The position numbers were made by a program, and so were the translations under genes. Below, in pieces: positions 1-12,309 of a stretch of 64,000 nucleotides of DNA. The DNA lies in NCBI GenBank assembly GCA_002269645.1, contig NIVC01000658.1, positions 248,001 through 312,000 of the forward strand, given 5' to 3'. Origin of the DNA: Macrostomum lignano (Eukaryota). Under the pieces are notes generated by a model. It had not been told where the DNA came from. It searched no databases and saw only the letters and a program-made list of their open reading frames with translations. Within the stretch, counting starts at the first letter, position 1; the number at the start of each line of letters is the position of its first letter.

Positions 1-185
1 CTCTGCCAGCCTTGGTTGAATTCTACACCCACCCCACTCTGCCAGCATCAGTGAATTCTACACCCACCCCACTCTGCCAGCATCAGTGAATTCTACACCC
101 ACCCCACTCTGTTAGTTGAATTCTACACCCACCCCACTTCGGCAGCCTCAGTTAAATTCTACACTCACCCCATTCGGCCAGTCTC
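1..185. repeat. Degenerating ~35-36 bp tandem repeat (CTCTGCCAGCATCAGTGAATTCTACACCCACCCCA-like), ~5 copies, probably truncated by the window edge
   Basis: Unit starts at 1, 37 and 72, then decays. Confidence 0.9.
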
Positions 186-589
186 AGTAAAATTTCACTC
201 TATCGACTTTTTTATGTTTATTATCCAACAAATTACCTTAATTAAACGTAAAAACAGTAAAAACTTTATGAACTAATATAGCAACCTTTCTGCTAAAAAG
301 CGTCAGGACTACTCTTAGTATCTGCCCGAACAATATCCTTGAGTTTTTCTGCTAACTTGTTTCCCTTCGAGTGGACAAAAAAGGTGACGCGCGCTTGTGT
401 TTATCCATTTTCGATAGCAGATTAGCAGCTGAGTTCTTTCGCTAAGGCCGGCCGGGTGTCACATGACTGCGAGTTGTGTAGCCATCGTCTTCTTGTCCTG
501 CTTGTTCTAATTTGAGACACAGAAAGTAGCCAGTTAATTGACGAGGCCTCTCCTTACAGTTATTGCCGTTGCATCTATTCAATATCTAC

Positions 590-1280
<691 letters not shown>

Positions 1281-1728
1281 TGTGTGTGTCTGTCTGTCTC
1301 TCAGTTTCGCAAACGCCGAGCCCTATTTCACCTTTTCACGTACCCCCAGTTGCAATCTTTTAGCTTAAAAAAGTGCAGCCCTTAGTTTGTCTGGGCGCTA
1401 TTGAGTGAGGCAGGAGAGACCGGCACAGTTGTGCGCTCGCATCTCATAATTGTTTTGCTAGTTACGCGCAGATAAATAGCAATTACTCGTATATTAATGC
1501 CGACAGGAATGGTGGCAGAAGACTTTCTGTTACATCAAATCTAATTTATAAATACGAGCGTATATCTATGCGCTTCCATCACACGAAACAAGAAATAGTC
1601 CGTGAAATTCTAGTTAAAATTTCCATTGTTTCTATTTTTTAACGTCTGACTTTTCAAAACTCAATTTCCACTTTTATGCGTACTCAAAATTAACATTTAT
1701 TAGTGCGGCACCTCCTGGGATTTTACAG

Positions 1729-1764
1729 TACTTCCACGTCGAGCTTAATGTCTCCTAGGACAGG
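1729..1764 (+). CDS. Putative 36-bp internal exon (TSTSSLMSPRTG) of an unidentified gene whose 5' part lies upstream
   Basis: Acceptor TTTTACAG| at 1728 and donor GG|GTATCC at 1765; phase 2-2, joins in frame to the exon at 2544. Confidence 0.45.
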
Positions 1765-1769
1765 GTATC

Positions 1770-2490
1770 CATACCTCCCAATACCTCCCAAGATTCCCCA
1801 ATACCTCCCAATATTCCCCAATCCTTCCCACTGTTCCCCAATACCTCCCAAGATTCCCCAATCCCTCCGAAGATTCCTCAATACTTCCTAAGATTCCCCA
1901 ATACCTCCCAATATTCCCCAATCCCTCCCACTGTTCCCCAATACCTCCCAAGATTCCCCAATCACTCCGAAGATTTCTCAATACTTCCTAAGATTCCCCA
2001 ATACCTCCCAAGATTCCCCAATACCCCCCAAGATTCCCCAATACCCCTCAATATTCCCCAATACCTCCCACGATTCCTCAACACCTCCAAATATTCCCCA
2101 ATACCCCCAAGATTCCTCAATACCTCCCAAGATTCCCCAATACCCCCCAAGATTCCCCAATACCCCTCAATATTCCCCAATACCTCCCACGATTCCTCAA
2201 CACCTCCCAAGATTCCCCAATCCCTCCCACTGTTCCCCAATACCTCCCAAGATTCCCCAATCACTCCGAAGATTTCTCAATACTTCCAAATATTCCCCAA
2301 TACCCCCAAGATTCCTCAATACCTCCCAAGATTCCCCAATACCCCCAAGATTCCCCAATACCCCCCAATATTCCCCAATACCTCCCAAGATTCCCTAATC
2401 CCTCCGAAGATTCCTCAATACTTCCTAAGATTCCCCAATACCCCCCAAGAATCCCCAATGCCTCCCAAGATTCCCCAATACCTCCCTGCA
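1770..2490. repeat. C-rich ~20-bp minisatellite (CCCCAATACCTCCCAAGATT) filling the intron 1765-2543
   Basis: Direct reading; starts ~5 nt after the putative donor. Confidence 0.95.
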
Positions 2491-2543
2491 TACATTCCTG
2501 CATTTCCTATAAAGTACTCTCGGCATCATTCCTCCATTCTCAG

Positions 2544-2739
2544 AGACCCAGTCCGGCGGGGTCCAGCCGCCAGCTACGCCTCATCAACATCAGCCTGCTC
2601 ATCCTCGTCTGACTTGGACACCGCTGCGTCCGCGGACAGCGACGACTGCTCAGATGACGCGGAGGACTCGGGCAGCCACGAGCTGCAGCCTTCTGAGTCT
2701 TTACCGAGTGGGCAGCGAAGCTGGTGCAGCATCGCCTAG
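2544..2739 (+). CDS. Putative terminal exon, Ser/Asp-rich, ending ...QRSWCSIA* (CaaX prenylation motif)
   Basis: Acceptor TTCCTCCATTCTCAG| at 2543; GC-rich coding-like island; phase 2 matches the 1729-1764 exon; TAG at 2737-2739. Confidence 0.5.
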
Positions 2740-2959
2740 ATGATGGATATACTGATAAACAAACACAATAGGCGCTTCCGATGCTTAAAGGTTCTGCCAG
2801 ATCTACGCGACCTGCATGCTGCTTTTGAAATCTGTTTTTTATCATCTTGCTAACTGGTTATGATTAATTTTGGTTTACAATTTTCCGGTATGTAAGGCGT
2901 GCCAAAAATTAGGCGATTACGAGTGCCCAGATTTAATTATTGTGGAGTGCGTAAGATCA

Positions 2960-3300
2960 ATGAATGAAGAGTGCCCAGATTCAATGGAATTGAGAGTGCC
3001 CAGATTCAATGGAATTGAGAGTGCCCAGATTCAATGGAATTGAGAGTGCCCAGATTCAATGGAATTGAGAGTGCCCAGATTCAATGGAATTGAGAGTGCC
3101 CAGATTCAATGGAATTGAGAGTGCCCAGATTCAAATGAATTGAGAGTGCCCAGATTCAAATGAATTGAGAGTGCCCAGATTCAAATGAATTGAGAGTGCC
3201 CAGATTCAATGGAATTGAGAGTGCCCAGATTCAAGGGATTGGAGAGTGCCCAGATTCAATGAAATGGAGAGTGCCCAGATTCAATATAGTGAGAGTGCCC
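2960..3300. repeat. 25-bp minisatellite GAGTGCCCAGATTCAATGGAATTGA, ~13 copies
   Basis: Direct reading. Confidence 0.95.
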
Positions 3301-3834
3301 ATAAAAAGATGACCTAAAAGTTTTGCGCCATAAATGAAAAAACTCTGTCATTTTCCACATGGTGTGCTGTACCTGTGCCCCGCCTAGTCATCAACACTTG
3401 GCTCGTCGTGTCCTTAGCTACATATTAATAATTTAGAATGCCTTGTTATATATTGAATACCAATATAAAGAGCGCTTGTCTTGTTTTACGATGCGAGCGT
3501 AATAATGGTAATAATTTTAATTGCTCCAGCCTTCCTACCTGCCTGGTGAGTAAAGGTGTTTTTTGTATTTTCTTACTTTATATGGGATCGCATTTTTAAG
3601 GTTTGTGCCCGCACCTACACTGCACTGCACTGCAGCTCAGTAAGATATGGGCGGTTACTCGGGCTGAGAAACCGTAAAAAGTGGTTGCTGTTGCACTTTA
3701 ATTGATTGTGCACCCAGTGGCGCATACAGTGCCAGTGCGTGTGTATGGCCCTACAGTACAGTCAGTGTATGCATGTTTCATGCGGCAGCTTGCACTCTAG
3801 GTTTGTATAAGATGCAGTTACGGTACATGCAGAT

Positions 3835-4670
3835 TGACAGGACAGATGCCTAGTTAGACAGGCAAGCAGACAGACTGGCACTGGCACTAAGCGAGAGAGA
3901 CTGGCACTTAGCCAGACAGCCAGACTGGCACTTAGCCAGACAGCCAGACTGGCACTTAGCCAGACAGCCAGACTGGCACTTAGCCAGACAGCCAGACTGG
4001 CACTTAGCCAGACAGACTGACTGGCACTTAGCCAGACAGACAGACTGGCACTTAGCCAGACAGACAGACTGGCACTCAGCCAGACAGACAGACTGGCACT
4101 TAGCCAGACAGACAGACTGGCACTTAGCCAGACAGACAGACTGGCACTTAGCCAGACAGACAGACTGGCACTCAGCCAGACAGACAGACTGGCACTTAGA
4201 CAGACAGACAGACTGGCACTTAGCCAGACAGACAGACTGGCACTTAGCCAGACAGACAGACTGGCACTTAGACAGACAGACAGACTGGCACTTAGCCAGA
4301 CAGACAGACTGGCACTTAGCCAGACAGACAGACTGGCACTTAGCCAGACAGCCAGACAGACAGACTGGCACTAAGCCAGACAGCCAGACAGACAGACTGG
4401 CACTAAGCCAGACAGCCAGACAGACAGACTGGCACTTAGCCAGACAGACAGACTGGCACTTAGCCAGACAGACAGACTGGCACTTAGCCAGACAGACAGA
4501 CTGGCACTTAGCCAGACAGACAGACTGGCACTTAGCCAGACAGACAGACTGGCACTTAGCCAGACAGACAGACTGGCACTTAGCCAGACAGACAGACTGG
4601 CACTTAGCCAGACAGACAGACTGGCACTTAGCCAGACAGACAGACTGGTACTGTCACTAAGCCAGACAGA
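3835..4670. repeat. 24-bp minisatellite GCCAGACAGACAGACTGGCACTTA with a (CAGA)n core
   Basis: Direct reading. Confidence 0.95.
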
Positions 4671-5269
4671 CGCACTAATTCTCGAACTCGTACAATGCAC
4701 TGCACTAATAAACTAATCCAGTCTGGCTGGGGAGCGATAGGGTGCACTGCAAAGCCTGTTTTGCAATGTGAGCACTCGGTCCTTAGCCGTATAGGTGAGA
4801 GTGAGAGATGAAGCAGCTCTGCGGGCGGGCTCCTGTCTCCCGAATCCCGATTCCCTGCCATGCGCTAATTCCCCTAATGGTCCTGTCTTGCGTGCCGCGC
4901 TCGTGGCTAATCTGCCTCGTGTCCCGGACTCCCGGCAGGCTCTCCTCTCCCTCCGCCGTCTCCTTTGTTGTCCCACGTTGGCATTGCCTAATACAATTAG
5001 CAAGTCCAAAAAGGGCGGTTAGTTACCTATACCTAGTCTGTCAAATCAGAGGTGCGTTCTGAGTTGAGTGCGCTGCTACTGAACTGGATTGTTCCTATTA
5101 AATGGTCTTTTATTATTTATGCTCTGCAATGAAGTGCACCGTTTCATTGTGTTGTATTAGCGGGGTAGAAGTTTTAGAATCCTTAAAATAAATACCTGTG
5201 TAACTGGGTTTCAGCTTTTCTTGCAAACAAAGTTCTAGCGTACTCTACGGCTTCCACTCTATGCCGAAG

Positions 5270-5816
5270 TTGCATCTGACAGGTGGCAAGGGGGGGGGCA
5301 AGGTTGCATCTGACAGGTGGCAATGGGGGGCAAGGTTGCATCTGACAGGTAGCAAGGGGGGGGGGCAAGGTTGCATCTGACAGGTGGCAATGGGGGGCAA
5401 GGTTGCATCTGACAGGTGGCAATGGGGGGCAAGGTTGCATCTGACAGGTGGCAAGGGGGGGAGGTTGCATCTGACAGGTGGCAAGGGGGGGGGGGGCAAG
5501 GTTGCATCTGACAGGTGGCAAGGGTGCCTGCAGCGAATGGCAAAATGAGTGCCTGCGGCGCCAAAATGAGTGCCTGCGGCGCCAAAATGAGTGCCTGCGG
5601 CGCTAAATTGAGTGCCTGCGGCGCCAAAATGAGTGCCTGCGGCGCCAAAATGAGTGCCTGCGGCGCTAAATTGAGTGCCTGCGGCGCCAAAATGAGTGCC
5701 TGCGGCGCCAAAATGAGCGCCTGCGGCGCCAAAAGTGGCAATGGCATAAGGCATGGCCAGCCAGGCCAACCCGCCCCCCCCCCCCCCCCCAATTAAAATT
5801 CCTGGCTACGCCGCTG
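5270..5816 (-). mobile_element. One-ended hAT-MITE-like composite: ~30-bp array, 21-bp GGCGCC array, C-run and a CAGCGGCGTAGCCAGG terminus (read on - strand)
   Basis: Terminus ...CCTGGCTACGCCGCTG at 5801-5816 resembles the CAG(T/G)GGCG ends of the complete MITE at 11449; no partner end found. Confidence 0.4.
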
Positions 5817-6404
5817 TCGTTCGAAGTTGTAAAAGTTCGCGTAATCACGTTATTCACAAATTGACGACATAATCATTAGTTAGTTTAGATAGAAGATAAG
5901 AAAAATGACATGCTTCAGCAACAACAACAACAACAACAACAACAACAACCCCCGTCGTTAAAATAAGACGAACTTTTGATAGTATGCAAGTTCTATGCTT
6001 ATTTTTGTTCTTTTAAAAAATTGACGCCCAAACCAGTTTTGTAAAACTGGTTTTCTTAAACGACGGTTTTTAAACCGGTTAACCGGTTCTCAAAAAGGCA
6101 CGGTTTTTGGCATCCCTAGGCCAAAAGTGCAACCAGAGTTATACTCATAGTTTAATCCCTAGCTAGTATGTGAGGTTATCAGGTAGCAACTATAGTCCTA
6201 CGCTCGTACATCGTACTTTTAGAGGCTTGGGTACGATTCACCAGATTCTACGAACTGGTTAATCGCCTAACGCACGCTGCGAGCACGCACGCACAAAATC
6301 CTGTTTAATATGAAGAGCAGAACCTTTTCCTAAAGCCAAAAAACCTGCGAGAAAGCCGGTTTATGCAGTGAGTCACACGCTACTAGAATGTTATTTTATT
6401 AATA

Positions 6405-6730
6405 CTCGATAACAACTGGTCCTGCGCAGCCTGGGGGGCTTACTTGCTTAGCGAGGTGTAGCAGAGCAGCGGCGTGGGCCAGGAGGGGTTATAAACAAGC
6501 TCCCCATTTCAGACAGCCGGGGTTCCTTTTCTCATTCATTCTCCGCTCTCGGGCTAGTGAGGCCAAGGCACTCTGGGGGCTAAGTCCGGCCGCCCGCGGC
6601 CCGCGCACTTTAGTCTGGAGGGTTTAGGGAGGAATCTGGCCTGCGCTGGCGTTTATTATTGCGACCTAAAAGTACACTATTAAATGCAAAGCTCTCGGGT
6701 GTCATTTTTAGTTGTATTATTAATATCGAG
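6405..6730. mobile_element. Possible TA-flanked MITE with short imperfect TIRs (TA|CTCGATA...TATCGAG|TA)
   Basis: ATACTCGATA at 6402-6411 and TATCGAGTAT at 6724-6733, plus partial ACAACT/AGTTGT complementarity; GC-rich interior. Confidence 0.3.
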
Positions 6731-7399
6731 TATGTACAATTGTACACATAATTAAAATCAATTTACTTTTACGTCTATCTTATCTCAATCGCTAATCATC
6801 ATTGTCTTATCTCGATTCATCGTTTATCTTTTTTCCGTCTAATCGAACATCAAAACTGAAGAAATGTACTTTTAAACTAGCCTACGTATTTACAAACTGA
6901 AGAGAATAGCAACACAATTTACAAAACACAAACAATTTAATACTATAATTATCTATCTAAGTTATCAAACCAGTATATAGAAGGCTGGCCAGTCACGCGG
7001 TTGGTTGGCAGCTGTGCACTTTTGCGATTCTTGTTTATTTGCCCAACTCCATTTGCCAGCTATGCTAGTAATAGCAAGCAGCGATTGTGCTTCCGAAAAA
7101 TAATTCCATTCAACTACACTCACAATGGGCTGGGCAGCTTCAGCTAAGCAGATAAACCTTAAGCTTTCCGACTCGTCTGAGTCGTCTCTACTCTCATATT
7201 TGCTTTGCAATTGCAACCATCTAATTTATTTTTTGCCCTTCTTGCTTCTCTTTTGCACTTTAAGCTTGTTTTCCAGCTCTCGCTCGCAGTAGGTTCTCTC
7301 TGAGTCCATGACCACCCGTGAAGTTTGTTCGATTTTCTCTGTAGTGTTGGGCACATAAAAGCGCTTTAATGCCATTCTTGCTCTGGTCTACTCTCCATC

Positions 7400-8095
7400 T
7401 CATCTTCTGTCTCCTCTCATTACTCCTCTCTCGTGTCTCATCACTCCTCTCTCGTGTCTCATCACTCCTCTCTCGTGTCTCATCACTCCTCTCTCGTGTC
7501 TCATCACTCCTCTCTCGTGTTTCATCACTCATCTCTCGTGTCTCATCACTCCTCTCTCGTGTCTCATTACTCCTCTCTCGTGTCTCATCACTCCTTTCTC
7601 GTGTCTCAGTACTCCTTTCTCGTGTCTCATCACTCCTTTCTCGTGTCTCATTACTCCTTTCTCGTGTCTCATCACTCCTTTCTCGTGTCTCATCACTCCT
7701 CTCTCGTGTTTCATCACTCCTCTCTCGTGTCTCATCACTCCTCTCTCGTGTCTCATTACTCCTTTCTCGTGTCTCATTACTCCTCTCTCGTATCTCCGAT
7801 CAGTTCTCTCTCGTGTTTCATCACTCCTTTCTCGTGTCTGCTTACCCCTCCATCGTCTCTCCGATCACTCCTCTCTCATGTTCACTCCTCAATCTCTCGT
7901 GTTCACTCCTCACTCTCTCGTGTTCACTCCTCACTCTCTCGTGTTCACTCCTCACTCTCTCGTGTTCACTCCTCACTCTCTCGTGTTCACTCCTCACTCT
8001 CTCGTGTTCACTCCTCACTCTCTCGTGTTCACTCCTCACTCTCTCGTGTCTGTTCACTCACTCTCTCGTGTCTTTTTACTCTTCACTCTCTCGTG
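7400..8095. repeat. Bipartite CT-rich minisatellite: 21-bp (CTCATCACTCCTCTCTCGTGT) then 20-bp (TTCACTCCTCACTCTCTCGT)
   Basis: Direct reading; source of ORFs 7369..8266. Confidence 0.95.
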
Positions 8096-8159
8096 TCTGT
8101 TCACCCTTGTCGGTACCTGTCTACACAGGTACAAACAAGCGGATCCAACATGTCTTTAA

Positions 8160-10304
8160 CAGTAGAACTACCAAGGGGGGGGGAAATTTCCCCCCCCCCT
8201 GACAATTTTTTTTGCTGCGCCGGAACGGAGCAACGCAGGCACACGAAATTCAAGAACACGGGCTAACTTTTTGTTGCGCACCTTCTCAAACAAGAATCAA
8301 GTCGCCAGCCCTCCGGACCGTCGAGATATTCGACGATTCTGCCAGAAGGTCGGATTTTTCCCATAAGCGCTAGTGTATTCAGTACACCCCTGTGCGCCAA
8401 TTAGCACTGCGCCTCAGTGCAGCCTTGCCAAGTCTCCAAATTTCACCAGAACGTCGACCACATGTGTCTGCATCAGCTCTGACTTCGTTGGTCACTAGCC
8501 TTCACCCAGGTGGAGCTTCTGGACCCTCAACAGCTGTGGCACCAGGTGACTATGGACACCCTGATGCGGATTTCTCTAGTTTCGCCGATCAAGCCTCGAC
8601 AGTGGGCAAGAATCAACCGCCAGACATTCTCAGCTAGTCTCTAAAGCATTCCGTCATCATCCTGACGCCGTCGGCACCTTCAACAGATTACACCAGGTGA
8701 CTATGGACACCCTGATGCTGATTTCTCTAGTTTCGCCGATCAAGCCTCGACAGTGGGCAAGAATCAACCGACAGAAATTCTCAGCTAGTCTCTCAAGCAT
8801 TCCGTCATCATCCTGACGCCGTCGGCACCTTCAACAGATTACACCAGGTGACTATGGACACCCTGATGCTGATTTCTCTAGTTTCGCCGATCAAGCCTCG
8901 ACAGTGGGCAAGAATCAACCGTCAGACATTATCAGCTAGTCTCTCAAGCATTCCGTCATCATCCTGATGCCGTCGGCACCTTCAACAGATTACACCAGGT
9001 GACTATGGACACCTAAACTATGAACTCATGAACCTGACTATGAACTCATGTTGCTGTATATGTATATTATTATTACACATACTTTTATACATACGAGCTA
9101 CATACATACTTTATTTGACAAGCTGTTTAGTTTATTGAACTATAATATAAGAACCCAATAATAATATACATATACAGCAACATGAGTTCAAGCTTAACTA
9201 TAGCAATGTCCGTGCTTAAAAAAAATTGAGAGCTTCAGAAATGTTCGGCGCATGATGAAAAATCACGCTCTGGTGTCCTTACTCACCTCGTGCCACCTGT
9301 TGAAGGTGCCGACGGCGTCAGGATGATTACGGTATGCTTGAGAGACTAGCTGAGAATGTCTGACGGTTGATTCTTGCCCACTGTCGAGGCTTGATCGGCG
9401 AAACTAGAGAGATTCTTATCAGGCTGTCCATAGTCACCTGGTGTAATCTGTTGAAGGTGCCGACGGCATCGGGGTGATGACGGAATGCTCGAGAGACTAG
9501 CTGAGAATGTCCGGTAGTTGAGGTTTGCCCATTATTGGAGCTTGATAAGAAAAACATGACATATTTGCAACAGGATGTCCATAGTCACCTGGTGTAATCT
9601 GTTGAAGGAGCCGACGGCGTCGGGATGATGACGGAATGCTTTAGAGACTAGCTGAGAATGTCTGGCGGTTGATTCTTGCCCACTGTCGAGGCTTGATCGG
9701 CGAAACTAGAGAAATCAGCATCAGGGTGTCCATAGTCACCTGGTGTAATCTGTTGAAGGAGCCGACGGCGTCGGGATGATGACGGAATGCTTTAGAGACT
9801 AGCTGAGAATGTCTGGCGGTTGATTCTTGCCCACTGTCGAGGCTTGATCGGCGAAACTAGAGAAATCCGCATCAGGGTGTCCATAGTCACCTGGTGCCAC
9901 AGCTGTTGAGGGTCCAGAAGCTCCACCTGGGTGAAGGCTAGTGACCAACGAAGTCAGAGCTGATGCAGACACATGTGGTCGACGTTCTGGTGAAATTTGG
10001 AGACTTGGCAAGGCTGCACTGAGGCGCAGTGCTAATTGGCGCACAGGGGTGTACTGAATACACTAGCGCTTATGGGAAAAATCCGACCTTCTGGCAGAAT
10101 CGTCGAATATCTCGACGGTCCGGAGGGCTGGCGACTTGATTCTTGTTTGAGAAGGTGCGCAACAAAAAGTTAGCCCGTGTTCTTGAATTTCGTGTGCCTG
10201 CGTTGCTCCGTTCCGGCGCAGCAAAAAAAATTGTCAGGGGGGGGAAATTTCCCCCCCCCCCTTGGTAGTTCGACGGGCGGAAAAATGGCTTGGTATTCCT
10301 ACTG
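8160..10304. mobile_element. Non-autonomous foldback-type DNA element, 2145 bp, with ~850-1000-bp inverted arms containing 151-bp tandem modules; flanked by TTAA
   Basis: TTAA(8156-8159)|CAGTAG ... CTACTG|TTAA(10305-10308). Arms 8160-9012 and ~9297-10304 are reverse complements (ORFs 8392..8637+ and 9799..10044- are identical). Module starts at 8540, 8691, 8842, 8993. No transposase ORF. Confidence 0.88.
9041..9190. mobile_element. 150-bp AT-rich element with a perfect 34-bp inverted repeat, nested in the foldback spacer
   Basis: 9041-9074 TGAACTCATGTTGCTGTATATGTATATTATTATT is the exact reverse complement of 9157-9190; no clear TSD. Confidence 0.65.
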
Positions 10305-10979
10305 TTAAGGGGCGGGGGTCTGCAAATACAAGTAATTAAATGGGAGTACGAGTTAGACACGTAACCAATGGTGGATTCCTGAGGGTCAAGGGGTCAGCCG
10401 ACCCCCGAAAGAAAGGGGGTCTTGTAAAACGACCCGTAATAGGAAGACACGCTTGTACTAACCAGCACAGCGGGCAATTCTCAGGGACCGCTGTCATTCG
10501 TGCTATGGCCTGTAAAGTGCATCGGCTGGCTACTATAGCGATAAGTCCTTAGCGGCATGAGTAGTGAGCACTAAAAAACTGTTAAGAGTCGCGAGTGCAC
10601 AGAATGAGAGGTCCACACAGAGCCAGCTTATCACTGTCGAATTCTATAGAGCTAGCACCTGATTCGACTGCAGCTAGCAGCTATAGGTCTGCGAGATCTA
10701 GCAGTAAATACGTCAGAACTTAGCTATACCTGTCCGCACAGGCATATGTAGTAGGCTAAATAAAAAATGACATTGAATTGTACACTTTTAGCAAGATCGA
10801 CGCGTTGCAAAACGTGTGGCATGACCTGCAGTGTAACTTTTTTAAAAATCGATTTGCGGCTATATGGTACGACATGGGATGTAATTTGATACTCAAATTC
10901 AGAGGGGCAAGAGGCAGCACGAAGCCCGTATACCCGTATGCATGTAGCTGAGCTGGCTATTCCACGTAATCCACAGAAT

Positions 10980-11448
10980 CGACAACAACGCCACAACAGT
11001 GCCACAACAACAACATCCACAACAGTGCCACAACAACATCCACAACAGAGCCAACAACATCCACAACAGTGCCACAACAACATCCACAACAGTGCCAACA
11101 ACATCCACAACAGAGCCAACAACATCCACAACAGAGCCAACAACATCCACAACAGTGCCAACAACATCCACAACGGTGCCATAACAACAACATCCACGAC
11201 AGTGCCACAACAACATCCACAACAGAGCCATAACAACAACATCCACAACAGTGCCACAACAACAACATCCACAACAGTGCCACAAAAACAACATCCACAA
11301 CAGTGCCACAACAACATCCACGACAGTGCCACAACAACATCCACAACAGAGCCATAACAACAACATCCACGACAGTGCCACAACAACATCCACAACAGAG
11401 CCATAACAACAACATCCACGACAGTGCCACAACAACATCCACAACAGA
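10980..11448. repeat. CAA-rich ~21-27 bp minisatellite (CCACAACAGTGCCACAACAACAT)
   Basis: Direct reading; source of the Cys/Val-rich spurious ORFs. Confidence 0.93.
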
Positions 11449-11634
11449 CAGTGGCGGATCCTGGGGGGGGGGGGGCCAAGGGGGCCATGGCCCCCCCCCC
11501 TCAGCTGCCTCGAAAAAAATTCTGCTCTTGGCCTTTGGCCCCTTCTAAGTAAAGAAAGGGCTTGGGCCTTGGGGTGGGTTCCTACTCGGGGCAGTTGGCC
11601 CCCCCCCCTCAAGAAATTCCTGGATCCGCGCCTG
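11449..11634. mobile_element. hAT-superfamily MITE, 186 bp, with 8-bp TSD ACAACAGA
   Basis: ACAACAGA(11441-11448)|CAGTGGCGGATCC...GGATCCGCGCCTG|ACAACAGA(11635-11642); imperfect CAG-initiated TIR; subterminal G/C runs. Confidence 0.85.
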
Positions 11635-12309
11635 ACAACAGAGCTATAACTTCTCCCATAAGAACATCACAACTCAAATATTTTAATATAGATATTGGCG
11701 CGTAACATGACTAATGTACTGCATAGATTGATAAAGTGGAAAAGTGCAAAATTCTAAGGACAGTAAGCACAGAGTTTTATTATTGAATCCCGTTTCCAAT
11801 AAAAATAGGTGAAAAGTAGCCCATAACCGTTTAGGGGATACTTGTGCTGCTTTTACGGCTGGCCATATATGGGATTGCATTGCAGCCTTGCAGTACACTT
11901 TTTTAGCTATCCTATCTATCTAGCTTTCACATTTCTCAGTTTTCCACGTTCGTTCCCCTTTCCCATTTGTACTTTTTATGCTATAGAAAGCAGGCATAGC
12001 GTGGCCAGATTCGATTTATTTCCTTTCCCAATTCCCTTACTTTAACTTCCTAGTTTGGCTGAACTGAATGTAAATTAACAAAAATAACAATGAATTTGAA
12101 TTTGTCAATTGTGAAAACGGAACCAATTTTTTACGTGCTAAAACAAAACACAAAATTAAGAACACAAATGATTTTGCGATAACCAGTTTCCAGCTAATTA
12201 ATTTGATTTGGTCGGTGAACCCCCTACACCTTGAATGTGTACTGTTGGATTGTCAGTGAAGTTCTATATGCACTATTTATCAGGGGTCAGGGACTCTTAG
12301 ATAATGTGT

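Noticed and set aside
2540-2845. Minus-strand readings of the 2544-2739 GC-rich island
   Set aside because: The + strand has a good acceptor and a phase-matched upstream micro-exon; the - strand frames lack supporting splice sites.
7150-7340. Possible decayed FAR1/MULE-type DNA-binding domain on the - strand (ERTYCER...DGCNCKANMRV)
   Set aside because: Only a few residues match, across a stop and frame change; no TIRs or catalytic domain nearby.
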